Origin: an uncultured Gammaproteobacteria bacterium
GTDB lineage: Bacteria; Patescibacteriota; Patescibacteriia; Magasanikbacterales; UBA922
NCBI GenBank assembly: GCA_964612105.1
Contig: CAZTEU010000003.1
Coordinates: 67,050 to 131,049 of the forward strand
Direction: 5' to 3'
Length of the DNA: 64,000 bases
Position numbers and translations under genes: made by a program. Positions within the stretch are counted from its first letter, which is position 1. Each line of letters begins with the position of its first letter. The notes under the pieces were generated by a model that saw nothing but the letters and a program-made list of their open reading frames with translations, did no database searches and was not told the DNA's origin. Positions 40,578-50,160 of the stretch are shown in pieces.

Positions 40578-42293
40578 CTAGAAGAGATATATATTGAAAG
40601 CGTCTTTCCCTGTAGAGTCTTTTATTATCTCAATGTTGTGAGAAATCGACTCTATTCTCTCCTTAATTTTATTATGCGTATCATCTGATGAGTACTTGTA
40701 TTGGAAATCAAACTGTTCAATCTCCACTTTATTATTTTCATAATTCTCTGGACGTACAGCTGAGATGTAAATGAATGATTCAACGCCCTGATTTCTAAAG
40801 TATTCATCTAGCTTATTTCCAGTTATATTATAAAATTTTCTGTCTGTCATAATAGGCCACCCATCATAAATACTGTGCCTGTCTAACCCCCAAAGTCTAG
40901 CTAGTGTATTAATACGGTGATCGTATATAATCATCAGGTTTTTTGGTGTATATCCTGTATCCTTCTTGCTTTCAACTCGTTCTTTTTGTAATTTTGTCAA
41001 AAACTCATAGTTTGGTTGCCCAAAGAATGCTGGAACACTTTCCTTAAGGGTATCACCTATATAATTATTGAGCTGATTAAATCCATAATTTTGTGTTTCT
41101 ACTACTGTTCCAGCATAGGCTACATACTTACTTCCATATCTTTGTGTTAAGTGAAAACTATTAATAGAGAAAAGTAGTTCAACAAATATAAATAAAAATA
41201 GAAGAAATATACCAAGCTTTTTTTTCTTAGATACTATATATTCAAAAAACAGAGCAACTATAAATACTAACCAAGGAAGTGCAACGGTAACGAACCTATA
41301 TGTTGATCCTATTGGCAGAATAAATATATAAGTAGCTAAGAGTGATGAAAGAAGAAATATTGCAAACTTATTATTATTTTTTATTGAAAAGTAGCCCAGC
41401 AGTGAAGCAGAGACTACGGAAAGGAAGTTAAAAATCTGGCTGTTTGCATAATATAATACTGTAAAAAATCTTTTCGCTCGATCCATTACTGAGCCTACAT
41501 TATCTCTACCCAACCTAACTTTCCAGTTTGGAGTTTCTTGGTTTAATAATGCAGAAAATTGGAAGTCAAAATGTCCTATTAATTTGTATAATTGAATATT
41601 ATAAATCAATATTGGAAGAGTTATTGCAAAACTAATAAGAGAGCCTTTCCAGAACCATTTAATATTGTGGAATTTCTTTTTATAGACAAATGAGTATAGT
41701 AGCAATACAGGCACAATTATTCCTACCGTGTACTTAGTTAGTATCCCCAAACCAAGACTGGTCCCCCACCCAAACCAATACCATTTGTTTTTATTATCTA
41801 GTGCCTGTATCCAAAACCAAAGTATTAACAAAATAAAGAACAGTGCTGTACCATCTTGTATTCCCACTCTAGATACCCACACATGATACGACTGGATTGC
41901 TATAATAGACCCTGCAATTAGACCAAACCTGCTAGAGTGTAGTTTCTTACCTATTGCATAAACAAGATAGACAGATGCTATACCAGTGAGTACAGCTGGT
42001 AATCTAACTGCAAAAATAGTCTCACCAATTGCCTTTATACTGACATGTTCTATAAGAAAGAAAAGAATTGGATGATCATGATATGAGAGTCTCCCCCACC
42101 AAGGCACTGTTGACAACCACTCCCAAGGTGTGGTTTGATGAGTAGCCGCAACATAATCCATTAGTTCGACAGATCTTATTGCATATAGCACTTCGTCTGT
42201 ATAGCTATCATGAAAAGTTATATTAGCAAAGCGCAATATAGATGCGATAATCAATATTGAAAATAATATATATAGCGTGGTTCTTTTTCTCAT
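40578..42293 (-). CDS. GT-C polytopic membrane glycosyltransferase, ArnT/PMT-like.
   Basis: The first loop carries TDEVLYAIRSVELMD (compare ArnT DEARYAEISREM), then HDHPIL. About 13 TM helices plus a roughly 200-aa C-terminal domain. Confidence 0.6.
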   Translation of the reverse strand: MRKRTTLYILFSILIIASILRFANITFHDSYTDEVLYAIRSVELMDYVAATHQTTPWEWLSTVPWWGRLSYHDHPILFFLIEHVSIKAIGETIFAVRLPAVLTGIASVYLVYAIGKKLHSSRFGLIAGSIIAIQSYHVWVSRVGIQDGTALFFILLILWFWIQALDNKNKWYWFGWGTSLGLGILTKYTVGIIVPVLLLYSFVYKKKFHNIKWFWKGSLISFAITLPILIYNIQLYKLIGHFDFQFSALLNQETPNWKVRLGRDNVGSVMDRAKRFFTVLYYANSQIFNFLSVVSASLLGYFSIKNNNKFAIFLLSSLLATYIFILPIGSTYRFVTVALPWLVFIVALFFEYIVSKKKKLGIFLLFLFIFVELLFSINSFHLTQRYGSKYVAYAGTVVETQNYGFNQLNNYIGDTLKESVPAFFGQPNYEFLTKLQKERVESKKDTGYTPKNLMIIYDHRINTLARLWGLDRHSIYDGWPIMTDRKFYNITGNKLDEYFRNQGVESFIYISAVRPENYENNKVEIEQFDFQYKYSSDDTHNKIKERIESISHNIEIIKDSTGKDAFNIYLF

Positions 42294-42317
42294 ATTTAAA
42301 TAATTATATCATAATCA

Positions 42318-42346
42318 TTGAATAGCGGATAAAAAGCTCGTATACT
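42318..42346 (+). promoter_or_regulatory. Promoter for the plus-strand GT4 gene (divergent region).
   Basis: TTGAAT, 17 nt, TATACT. The hexamer ends 6 nt before the ATG at 42353, so the mRNA is probably leaderless. Confidence 0.4.
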
Positions 42347-42352
42347 AGTAAT

Positions 42353-43504
42353 ATGATAAAGACAAATAACAAAATATTATACGTAATTACACAAGGTGGT
42401 CCTTGGGGTGGTGCACAGAAATACGTATATACATTATCTAAAAACATACCCAATGGCATGGATGCTATTGTTGCTGTTGGAGAAAGCAACAGAAATCAAG
42501 ATCTACAAAAAAAATTAGTATCAAATAACATTGAGGTAATTAATCTTAAAAACCTGGAAAGAAATATTTCGATTGTTAAAGACTGGAAAACAATAGTGGA
42601 GCTTAGGAAATTATATAAAACTATAAAACCACACATTGTTCATCTTAACAGCTCTAAGGCTGGGGTTTTAGGAAGTGTTGCATCAATAGGACTTAAGGAT
42701 AAACCAAAAATTGTATATACAGTTCATGGGTGGGTTTTTAATGAACCAATGGGAAGTATTAGACAGATAATATATAAATTTGCAGAAAAAATTAGTGCTA
42801 CACTAAAGGACTCTATAATTACTTTGTCAGAATATGAAAAAAAGCAGGCTATTACTAAGTTGGGTATTAGTATAGAAAAAATACATAAAATACCAATCGG
42901 TGTTGCAAAACAAGACTATTTACCCAAAGATGAAGCTCGTTCAAAAATTATAAATACAGACTATAATCAGGATGAGGTTTTGATTGTTTCAATTGCAAAC
43001 GCTTTTAAGACAAAAGGATTAGACACTCTTATAAAGGCTACAGAAAAACTATTAACCAATAACATAAAAATCAGAGTGTTCATTATTGGTGATGGTCCTG
43101 AGCTTGCAAACCTTAAAAAATTATCTGCATCATTAGGTGTTAATAATTCAGTACACTTCTTAGGCTTTATAGAAAATGCATCAAACTTACTGATGGCTTT
43201 TGACCTGTTTGTTCTTCCATCAAAAAAAGAAGGGCTACCGTACGTAGCACTAGAAGCCAAGCAGGCGGGTGTGCCTATAATTACAACTGCAGTTGGTGGT
43301 TTACCAACTATTATAGAAAATAAAAAAAATGGCTTGTTAATTAAGCCAGGAAGCTCAGAGAATCTCGCAAATGCAATAAAATATGCATGCTCACATATGA
43401 ACGAAATGAAGAGTATGTCATCTACAGCAAAAGACGAATCTGAAAGTTATTCAGAACAAGATATGATTAGAAAAACTTATAATTTATACAATAAGCACCT
43501 CTAG
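42353..43504 (+). CDS. Glycosyltransferase family 4 (plus strand).
   Basis: N-terminal GGPWGGAQKYV and a C-terminal EGLPYVALEAKQAGVPIITTAVGGLP motif. Confidence 0.7.
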   Translation: MIKTNNKILYVITQGGPWGGAQKYVYTLSKNIPNGMDAIVAVGESNRNQDLQKKLVSNNIEVINLKNLERNISIVKDWKTIVELRKLYKTIKPHIVHLNSSKAGVLGSVASIGLKDKPKIVYTVHGWVFNEPMGSIRQIIYKFAEKISATLKDSIITLSEYEKKQAITKLGISIEKIHKIPIGVAKQDYLPKDEARSKIINTDYNQDEVLIVSIANAFKTKGLDTLIKATEKLLTNNIKIRVFIIGDGPELANLKKLSASLGVNNSVHFLGFIENASNLLMAFDLFVLPSKKEGLPYVALEAKQAGVPIITTAVGGLPTIIENKKNGLLIKPGSSENLANAIKYACSHMNEMKSMSSTAKDESESYSEQDMIRKTYNLYNKHL

Positions 43505-45516
43505 TTCTCAGTTGGTAGATATTCACCAACTATCTTTTTTCCTTCTTCATTAAACTTTACACCTTCATCCACAGCCCTCATTGTGGCTTCTTTAGCCAAG
43601 CCTGTCTGCCCCATCGTTTTATAGATTAATACGAGTCTCCACCAGCTCTCACTTATTTTTGGATTTAACTCTGTTGATTTTTCTATGGTGTTAATTGCCT
43701 CTTCTGCATTGTTTAACTGCATTTCAACACCAGCAAGAGTGTAGTAAAGCTGTTGTCTTTTTGGAGAATACTCTATTGCCTCCTCCATGGTTTTCTTTGC
43801 TTCTAGTAACATAGAAGGTTCTCTTGTAACACCAGTTATCATTTGTGAAAGTTGAGTCTGTTGTAAATGAATCCTAATATCACCGGGATGTAATCTTCTA
43901 TTATTATTCAATTCAGAATGAGCCAATCTAGCTAGTTTCACAGCTTTTTCACCATGACCATGAGTTACGTAATTTTTAAAGGTATTATTCATAGATCTTC
44001 CAAAGTCTATTCTCATGTCATCAATATGTGGAGTGTATATGCCTGTGGCATGTTCATATGCACTAACAACATCTTTGTTGTTGTATATTGACCTTATAAG
44101 ATCTAGAGTAGCCATATTAGCCCTAGCAGGGTACACATTTGTTATTAAGATAATACACCCGACACAAACCACAACCAATACTTGTACAAGTGAATCAGCA
44201 TGGAAACGAGTGTTTTCTGTTTCTTCTTTTTTGTTTATTAATGAGTTTATTAGTGCTAGAAAAAAGAAAAAGTAAATATATGATGTTGGATTTTCAAATA
44301 CAAACAATTGTTGAGTATAATGAAACACAAAATACCCTACAGCAGCTGCAAAAATATGTACATCTATTTTTTTTCTTACAAATGCACGCCATGCAAATAA
44401 AATTGGCACTACAAATAGTGCTAGATAAGCAAATAACCCTACTGTGCCTTGCACAGCGATTGCATTGATTGTTGCACTATGCGCATTGTCAAACCAAGTT
44501 TCAGTATAGCCAAATTTTAGCAGTTGGGGATTGTAATATTTATTAAAGGCATAATAGTAATTATTTGGACCCCATCCAAATACCGGACGCTCTTTCCAGG
44601 CATCCATTGCGATTGACCAAGCCATCAGACGTGGGTTGCTATTTTTATCAAGCTTAATATTTACAAGTCTGCCTACAGTTGGGATTTTTTGTACAAAACT
44701 GGAGCCTCTAAAGTAAAAAGAAGTTCCAAGCCCAAGAATTCCAACAATTAGTCCCGCAATAAAAATAGAACGTATAATACTATTTTTGTTAATGTTTTTA
44801 ACATATACCCAACCCATAGCTACCACCCCCAAGACAAATCCTATTAGTACCCCCCTGGTTCCACTTATTAAAAGACCAATAATTCCAATCAGGCCGCAGA
44901 TAATCGAATAATATTTCCAATTATTATTTTTCTCTTTTGCATATAGTAACCAACCAACCAGAGACAGAAATGCACCATATGCACCATAGTATATTGCATT
45001 TCCCAATGTAGCAGACACACGGTCAGAGCCTCTGTTGAGTAAGAACTCAGGACTAACTTTCTGTATCATTCCAATAATCATAACCATAGAACCAGCACCA
45101 AGAAATATCCTAAGTAAATATCTCCAGTCAGACCATTTCGTAAAAATAGAAGTCGCTACAAAGTAGTAGATCGCATAGTGACATATTGTAAAAAAACCTA
45201 ACATTCTCTCGTGATTGTCCCACAGGCTTTTGTAACTGTCTACACCAACTATAGTAGAGATCAAGAAACTTAGAAGATAAAAAATTACAGCAAGTGTAAT
45301 TGGTGTCTTCTTAATTGAGTATCTTTTTACGTCTCCCAAAAGTAGAAGAATATATACTCCAAGCATTATTAATACAACACTACGGAATATTAGTATCTTT
45401 GGAACTATGAAAGGGAAAATGAATTTGTCAGGAAGAATAATAAGAGGAATAAAGAAACTTAAAGCAATAGACCATTTTATTACTTGTTCTAATATTTTTC
45501 TCATAATTTTATTCAA
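43501..45516 (-). CDS. O-antigen ligase/polymerase-domain (Wzy_C) membrane protein fused to a C-terminal TPR domain.
   Basis: About 10 TM helices. GTRGVLIGFVLG and a FDNAHSATINAI loop are PF04932-like. The C-terminal roughly 200 aa are TPR-like repeats. Its stop overlaps the GT4 stop convergently by 4 bp. Confidence 0.5.
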   Translation of the reverse strand: MNKIMRKILEQVIKWSIALSFFIPLIILPDKFIFPFIVPKILIFRSVVLIMLGVYILLLLGDVKRYSIKKTPITLAVIFYLLSFLISTIVGVDSYKSLWDNHERMLGFFTICHYAIYYFVATSIFTKWSDWRYLLRIFLGAGSMVMIIGMIQKVSPEFLLNRGSDRVSATLGNAIYYGAYGAFLSLVGWLLYAKEKNNNWKYYSIICGLIGIIGLLISGTRGVLIGFVLGVVAMGWVYVKNINKNSIIRSIFIAGLIVGILGLGTSFYFRGSSFVQKIPTVGRLVNIKLDKNSNPRLMAWSIAMDAWKERPVFGWGPNNYYYAFNKYYNPQLLKFGYTETWFDNAHSATINAIAVQGTVGLFAYLALFVVPILFAWRAFVRKKIDVHIFAAAVGYFVFHYTQQLFVFENPTSYIYFFFFLALINSLINKKEETENTRFHADSLVQVLVVVCVGCIILITNVYPARANMATLDLIRSIYNNKDVVSAYEHATGIYTPHIDDMRIDFGRSMNNTFKNYVTHGHGEKAVKLARLAHSELNNNRRLHPGDIRIHLQQTQLSQMITGVTREPSMLLEAKKTMEEAIEYSPKRQQLYYTLAGVEMQLNNAEEAINTIEKSTELNPKISESWWRLVLIYKTMGQTGLAKEATMRAVDEGVKFNEEGKKIVGEYLPTEN

Positions 45517-46186
45517 TTATACTTCCCCACCTTTCTTGAAAAGCTTTGTTTTCTGGATATCTTTGTAGAAGTTCGCCTACAAATTCTTTGGTTTTTTCTA
45601 TTTGGTTTGTGTCTTCGTAATAACCTATAGCAGCCAATAATACATCTACATCTCTTTCTGTATTTTCTAGACCTTCAAGAAGCGTTTTTTCTGCGGAAAT
45701 ATTATTATCTAAATTATTTTTTTGTAATTTAGATAAGGTTATGTATAAGCTAGGATTAACAAGATTATTTTCAATGGCAAGATTGTAAAATTCTTCAGCT
45801 TTTACATAATTCTTTAGATTAACCCTGTATGTTTCAGCAATGTTTGTATAACCTAAAATATTTTGTGGATTAAGCACAATAGACTGCCTGTAAGCTAGTA
45901 TTGAATTGTCAAAATCACCAATCATGCTGTAAACATTTCCAACAGCAATCCATGATGTCCAGCTATCTGGAGTTTTTTCATATTTTTGCTTCGTGAGTTC
46001 TATATCATTCTCCATTCTTAGTACTATATCCTTGTCTATATCTTGAGGTATTTGTACATTATAGAACGGGTCATTAATTAACCTACTCATCTCATCAGAA
46101 TTCTTTTCCTTCAATAGATAAAATGCTGAGACTACAATCACTAGTAGAATAAGGATTATGGTTTTATTTCTTGTCTTTGGTTTCAT
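45509..46186 (-). CDS. TPR-repeat protein with an N-terminal membrane anchor.
   Basis: N-terminal hydrophobic helix, then TPR-like repeats (...AYRQSIVLNPQNILGY...). Confidence 0.6.
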   Translation of the reverse strand: MKPKTRNKTIILILLVIVVSAFYLLKEKNSDEMSRLINDPFYNVQIPQDIDKDIVLRMENDIELTKQKYEKTPDSWTSWIAVGNVYSMIGDFDNSILAYRQSIVLNPQNILGYTNIAETYRVNLKNYVKAEEFYNLAIENNLVNPSLYITLSKLQKNNLDNNISAEKTLLEGLENTERDVDVLLAAIGYYEDTNQIEKTKEFVGELLQRYPENKAFQERWGSIIE

Positions 46187-46238
46187 ATATATTATTAAAA
46201 CTACTCGTTCATAATAGCAAAAAAATCATTACAACACA

Positions 46239-46272
46239 AACCCCCCTCTGGGCATACGCCTAAAGGGGGGTT
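46239..46272 (-). terminator. GC-rich hairpin terminator downstream of the giant surface-protein gene.
   Basis: 9-bp stem AACCCCCCT/AGGGGGGTT with a 16-nt loop. On the minus strand it is followed by a U-rich stretch (UGUGUUGUAAUGAUUUUUUU). The stem's GC content is in sharp contrast to the AT-rich genome. Confidence 0.45.
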
Positions 46273-46329
46273 GTTCATTTCTGTTCTAACTACCAACTCA
46301 ATACAGAAGCTGAACCTTATGTCTAAAGA

Positions 46330-49300
46330 CTAAAGGCTAACTACGCTTGCTGTAGATGAGGTTGAGTTAAGACCTGATACTAGATAACCATTTACCCAGT
46401 CTTCTGTTGTGGTAGCGTGTCCGCCAGCACTACGATCTGACCAAATAAAGTCATCATTCGCATCTGCGTCTACTACGGTGGTAGTATCCATTAGAGAGTC
46501 TGCTTCTATGTGTGCGGCAGCATCACCAGCCATAACTGTTGAGATTGAGTCTCCAGATGAGGCTCCGCTCACAACACCACGAAGTATGTATGTCTTTGTA
46601 GCTCCGTCAGCTACTGTTCTTTCCTTAATGGTACCATTTCCAACTTCTCCAGTTGTTTCGTTAATTGTAGCCTGAAGGTATGAGAAGTTTTGACCTTGCG
46701 CTAGGGTTTCAGTAAACAACTGTACCTCGTTGTTTGAATCAGTAACATCATATAGATCTACTGAAGCAACGGTTACACTTGTTGTTGTAATACCGAATAC
46801 AAACTTAGCCAAGCCGATGTCACCATCAGATGCAGTAACTTTGAACTTGTACAAGTCAACTGTACCATTTGACAATGTGCTTCCAACTGAAAGTTTTGTA
46901 ACTGTTGGAAGTGCTTGATACATGTAGTGAGTTAGTCCTGTAGGAGCACTTGCACCTATGACCTCAGTTGTTCCAGAACCTGATTGGGCACCTTTAGCTG
47001 TAATGTCGCCAGCATTGTTGATCTTAAGACCAAGTCTGTGACCACCAACTGTTACGGCCTGTTGTGTACCAATACTGGACAAGTCTGCCTTCAAGTGAAG
47101 TTTGTGACCAGATGTATTGTCAATATCAACAATAAATGCTCCATCATCAAATTCAATTAATGGCTTTGTACTTGTAGGCACTGTTGATCCAACAATTACA
47201 CCTGCATCATCCTCGAAGTATAGTCTTGTATAGTCTGAGAATGAAGAACTGCTTGTGTCTGTTACGTTCATTGTTAGATAGATCTTATCAAGCTCTACAT
47301 CTTCTGTTGAAGTTGCATAGAAGTTGAATGTTGCTAGCTCAACACCTTTAGTTCCAGCTGCGAACAATCTTGCAGATGGGTTTGAGGCATCAAGACCAAC
47401 TTCAACTGTACCACCAGCAGAACCAATTGTAAGTGTTTGTCCAGCTGCAGTATCTATAACTTCAGTAACTGTATCACCAGTTGTAACACCACTAGCTGTA
47501 ACCCAGTTAGTAGTTGATACAGCAAATGTGTGGTTTGAGTTAACTCCTGTTACAGCACCACCAGCAACATCTGCTCTAAATACAGCTTTTACTTTCTTAC
47601 CAGCTTTAATAGTAAACTGATCAGATCCACTTAGGTTGTAAGTGAATGTTTCTTCGCCGTTTGCAGTTGCGTTGGATCCACTGTTTGTTTCTCCAAGAGC
47701 TTCTAGTGTTCCTGAACTGTCAAAACTATCTCCATCTTTGTCAACAAAGATTCGGATGTTTTGCATGTCGATTGTCTTAGCTGTTGAACCTGTACTGTCA
47801 GTAACTTTCACCTGAGTAACTTTAATATCCTCTGATGAACCTGAAGCATCGAATAGTACGTGAGCCACATCAACATCGTTGGTGCCGGCTGCAAGTGTTC
47901 TTGCTGCAGGAGTTGTTAGTGTTGTAATACGCAATGCACCGGATTTAACGGTCAATGTATTAGCACTAATAACAGCTTGTGGTAGGGCGTAAGTTCCTAA
48001 AGTAATTGTTTCGCTACTGCTTGAACCTTCAGCATCAAAGTTTGATGTGTTAGCCATGTCAATAGCAAGTGTTACTTGATCATCAGCAGATGCATCACTA
48101 CTTATATTACCTTTAGCAATAACAACTGTATCACCAACTGGTAATGTGAATGAATCTGTAGATGTAGCATAACCAACTAATCCACCACTTGTAACCTCAG
48201 TCAAGTCTACACCACTTGTAAGTGCTTTTCCATCTTTGGTGTACAAGACAATATTATCATACTCATCTGGGTCACCTGTAACAGTTGTACCTTTAACAAC
48301 AATGGTGTTAACAGTAACAGGCTCTCCTTGAACTTTAAAGTTCCAAGAGCCAAGTTCTACACCAGATGCGTTGTCAGGAACATTTCCTGCTTGTACATCA
48401 TTTGTCTTAGACACTGTTATTTTTCCTTGTGAAACAGTAACTGTGTTAGTTAATTCGTCAGCACTGTTTGTTGGGGTTGCGTAGTATCCATACTTAAGAT
48501 CTTTTACAAGAAGATCTGTTGTACGACGTAGATCAAGATCTATTGTTCTTGTAGATCCATCCACGATGTCACCGTAAACTGAGAAGCTCTTTGTAGCTCC
48601 TTTTTTAATCATACAACTGTCACCACAACCTGATAGGTCGAAGGTTACATATTTGTCTTTCATCATACCTGTTGCAACTGTGTTGCTCTGGTATGTAAGT
48701 TTCCAGTTTTGTACGTCATCGTTGTCAGCTGATCCACCGTTGTACAATCTTAGTTGTTCTACTTGGAAGTCATTTGTTGCAACCTGCAAATCAAGATTTG
48801 CAAAGTTTACTCCAGTATCACCAATTTGCTCGGTTACTGTACCAACTTGTGCACCTTCACTCAATGTGGCTGTTCCTAGTACAACACTTGCATTTGTCTG
48901 AACTGCATTTCCAACTAGTGGAAGAGTTCCAACAACAGTTGAATCTGTTGTAACTGACTGAAGTGCCAACTTTGGATAGTTACCTCCTGCTAGACCAGAA
49001 GCCATATCAGCAACAAGTGTGTATGACTTTGTTGTTCCTGCAGGAATGACAATATCTTGACCGAAGTTTACAATACTGTCAGAGTTTAGAGTCTTTCCAA
49101 GTGTATCAACAAGAAGACCTTCATTATCTACCATGTTAATTTTACTGAAATCTCCGTCAATTGATGGAGATCCGTTGCGTTTTACTTGCAAAGAATCAAT
49201 TGTAACATCACCACCTGTAGCAGTGAAGTTAACCTTTGTGAATGCAACTCGTGCTGCATTCTTCACAGCAAAAGTTCCTGCTGGAGTGTCAGATGCAAGA

Positions 49301-50079
49301 GCAACTGTCAAAGTTCCTGTTGAACCTGAGCTTGGGCTACTTGATCCTGAACTTGCTCCACCAGCCATTTGTGATGGGTTGTTTGCAACACTAGCTGATG
49401 TGACTGTTTCGCTTGCCATTGAAACACTAGCGAATACGCCTGCAGAAACTTCGCGGACGTCACCACTTGCAACACTTGAAAGTGTTCCGTCAACTTCTTT
49501 AAGTTCCCCGTCTACAACTTCGTAGACTTTAGCGTCACCAGCTTTTGTAACAAGCATTCCGTTGTGAGGTTTTGACTCAGAAACTTCTGAACCAACTGAG
49601 TAGTTAGCATCAAACACATCTGGAAGGTCGCGGACAAGTTTTGCCCAACCGCTTCCGTAAAGTGCTGCTGCAACTGCCTCACTAGCAATCTTGTGTTTCA
49701 TGTTGTTAGGTCCAACTGCATACACGTTTGGTGAAATTACAGTTTTAACTAAACGAGATCCTGGACGGTAGTTTACACCACCACCACTTGGATAGTTATC
49801 AACACAAGTGTTATCAATTACTTGTACTCCAGAATAGTCTGTGTACCAAGTTTTGTATACCTCCGCATTTGGGAAGTACATACGTTTCATATCTGGGTTA
49901 ACCAGATACACTGCTGAATTGTTAGCAACTTTGAACAAGTCACCTGAATTCAGTGTTGGACAAGTAGCGGCATTTGCTACCAATGGAACTAGAGCTGCTA
50001 CACCCATGCTCCACATAATGGTAAGAACCACTACTGACCACGTAAACGCATCCTTTGAGATTCGTAATACGTTGCTCAT
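46330..50079 (-). CDS. Giant secreted/cell-surface protein of 1249 aa, Thr/Ser/Gly/Val-rich with tandem beta-rich modules. Candidate S-layer or adhesin glycoprotein.
   Basis: N-terminal signal/anchor (WSVVVLTIMWSMGVAALVPLVANAA), a roughly 200-aa N-terminal domain with 3 Cys, then over 1000 aa with no Cys, about 30% Ser+Thr and many N-x-S/T sites. It has its own promoter and terminator. Confidence 0.6.
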   Translation of the reverse strand: MSNVLRISKDAFTWSVVVLTIMWSMGVAALVPLVANAATCPTLNSGDLFKVANNSAVYLVNPDMKRMYFPNAEVYKTWYTDYSGVQVIDNTCVDNYPSGGGVNYRPGSRLVKTVISPNVYAVGPNNMKHKIASEAVAAALYGSGWAKLVRDLPDVFDANYSVGSEVSESKPHNGMLVTKAGDAKVYEVVDGELKEVDGTLSSVASGDVREVSAGVFASVSMASETVTSASVANNPSQMAGGASSGSSSPSSGSTGTLTVALASDTPAGTFAVKNAARVAFTKVNFTATGGDVTIDSLQVKRNGSPSIDGDFSKINMVDNEGLLVDTLGKTLNSDSIVNFGQDIVIPAGTTKSYTLVADMASGLAGGNYPKLALQSVTTDSTVVGTLPLVGNAVQTNASVVLGTATLSEGAQVGTVTEQIGDTGVNFANLDLQVATNDFQVEQLRLYNGGSADNDDVQNWKLTYQSNTVATGMMKDKYVTFDLSGCGDSCMIKKGATKSFSVYGDIVDGSTRTIDLDLRRTTDLLVKDLKYGYYATPTNSADELTNTVTVSQGKITVSKTNDVQAGNVPDNASGVELGSWNFKVQGEPVTVNTIVVKGTTVTGDPDEYDNIVLYTKDGKALTSGVDLTEVTSGGLVGYATSTDSFTLPVGDTVVIAKGNISSDASADDQVTLAIDMANTSNFDAEGSSSSETITLGTYALPQAVISANTLTVKSGALRITTLTTPAARTLAAGTNDVDVAHVLFDASGSSEDIKVTQVKVTDSTGSTAKTIDMQNIRIFVDKDGDSFDSSGTLEALGETNSGSNATANGEETFTYNLSGSDQFTIKAGKKVKAVFRADVAGGAVTGVNSNHTFAVSTTNWVTASGVTTGDTVTEVIDTAAGQTLTIGSAGGTVEVGLDASNPSARLFAAGTKGVELATFNFYATSTEDVELDKIYLTMNVTDTSSSSFSDYTRLYFEDDAGVIVGSTVPTSTKPLIEFDDGAFIVDIDNTSGHKLHLKADLSSIGTQQAVTVGGHRLGLKINNAGDITAKGAQSGSGTTEVIGASAPTGLTHYMYQALPTVTKLSVGSTLSNGTVDLYKFKVTASDGDIGLAKFVFGITTTSVTVASVDLYDVTDSNNEVQLFTETLAQGQNFSYLQATINETTGEVGNGTIKERTVADGATKTYILRGVVSGASSGDSISTVMAGDAAAHIEADSLMDTTTVVDADANDDFIWSDRSAGGHATTTEDWVNGYLVSGLNSTSSTASVVSL

Positions 50080-50114
50080 AATTTATATCTTTGTCATTTA
50101 CCTAGCGCGCGTAC

Positions 50115-50143
50115 TTTATAAAGATGAGTACGGTCTATGTAAA
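50115..50143 (-). promoter_or_regulatory. Sigma70-type promoter of the giant surface-protein gene.
   Basis: Minus strand reads TTTACA, 17 nt, TATAAA, about 30-nt leader, ATG at 50079. Confidence 0.4.
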
Positions 50144-50160
50144 TAACTATTATCTACAGA

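Noticed and set aside
42304-42489. A 61-aa minus-strand ORF overlapping the divergent promoter and the start of the plus-strand GT4 gene.
   Set aside because: It overlaps a clear promoter and coding start. It is hydrophobic and low-complexity with no conserved features, so it is likely spurious.
43501-43504. Convergent GT4 (plus strand) and Wzy_C-TPR (minus strand) genes whose stop codons overlap by 4 bp with no intervening terminator.
   Set aside because: This is real but probably just compact genome organisation. No hairpin or regulatory signal is visible, so it is noted only as a curiosity.
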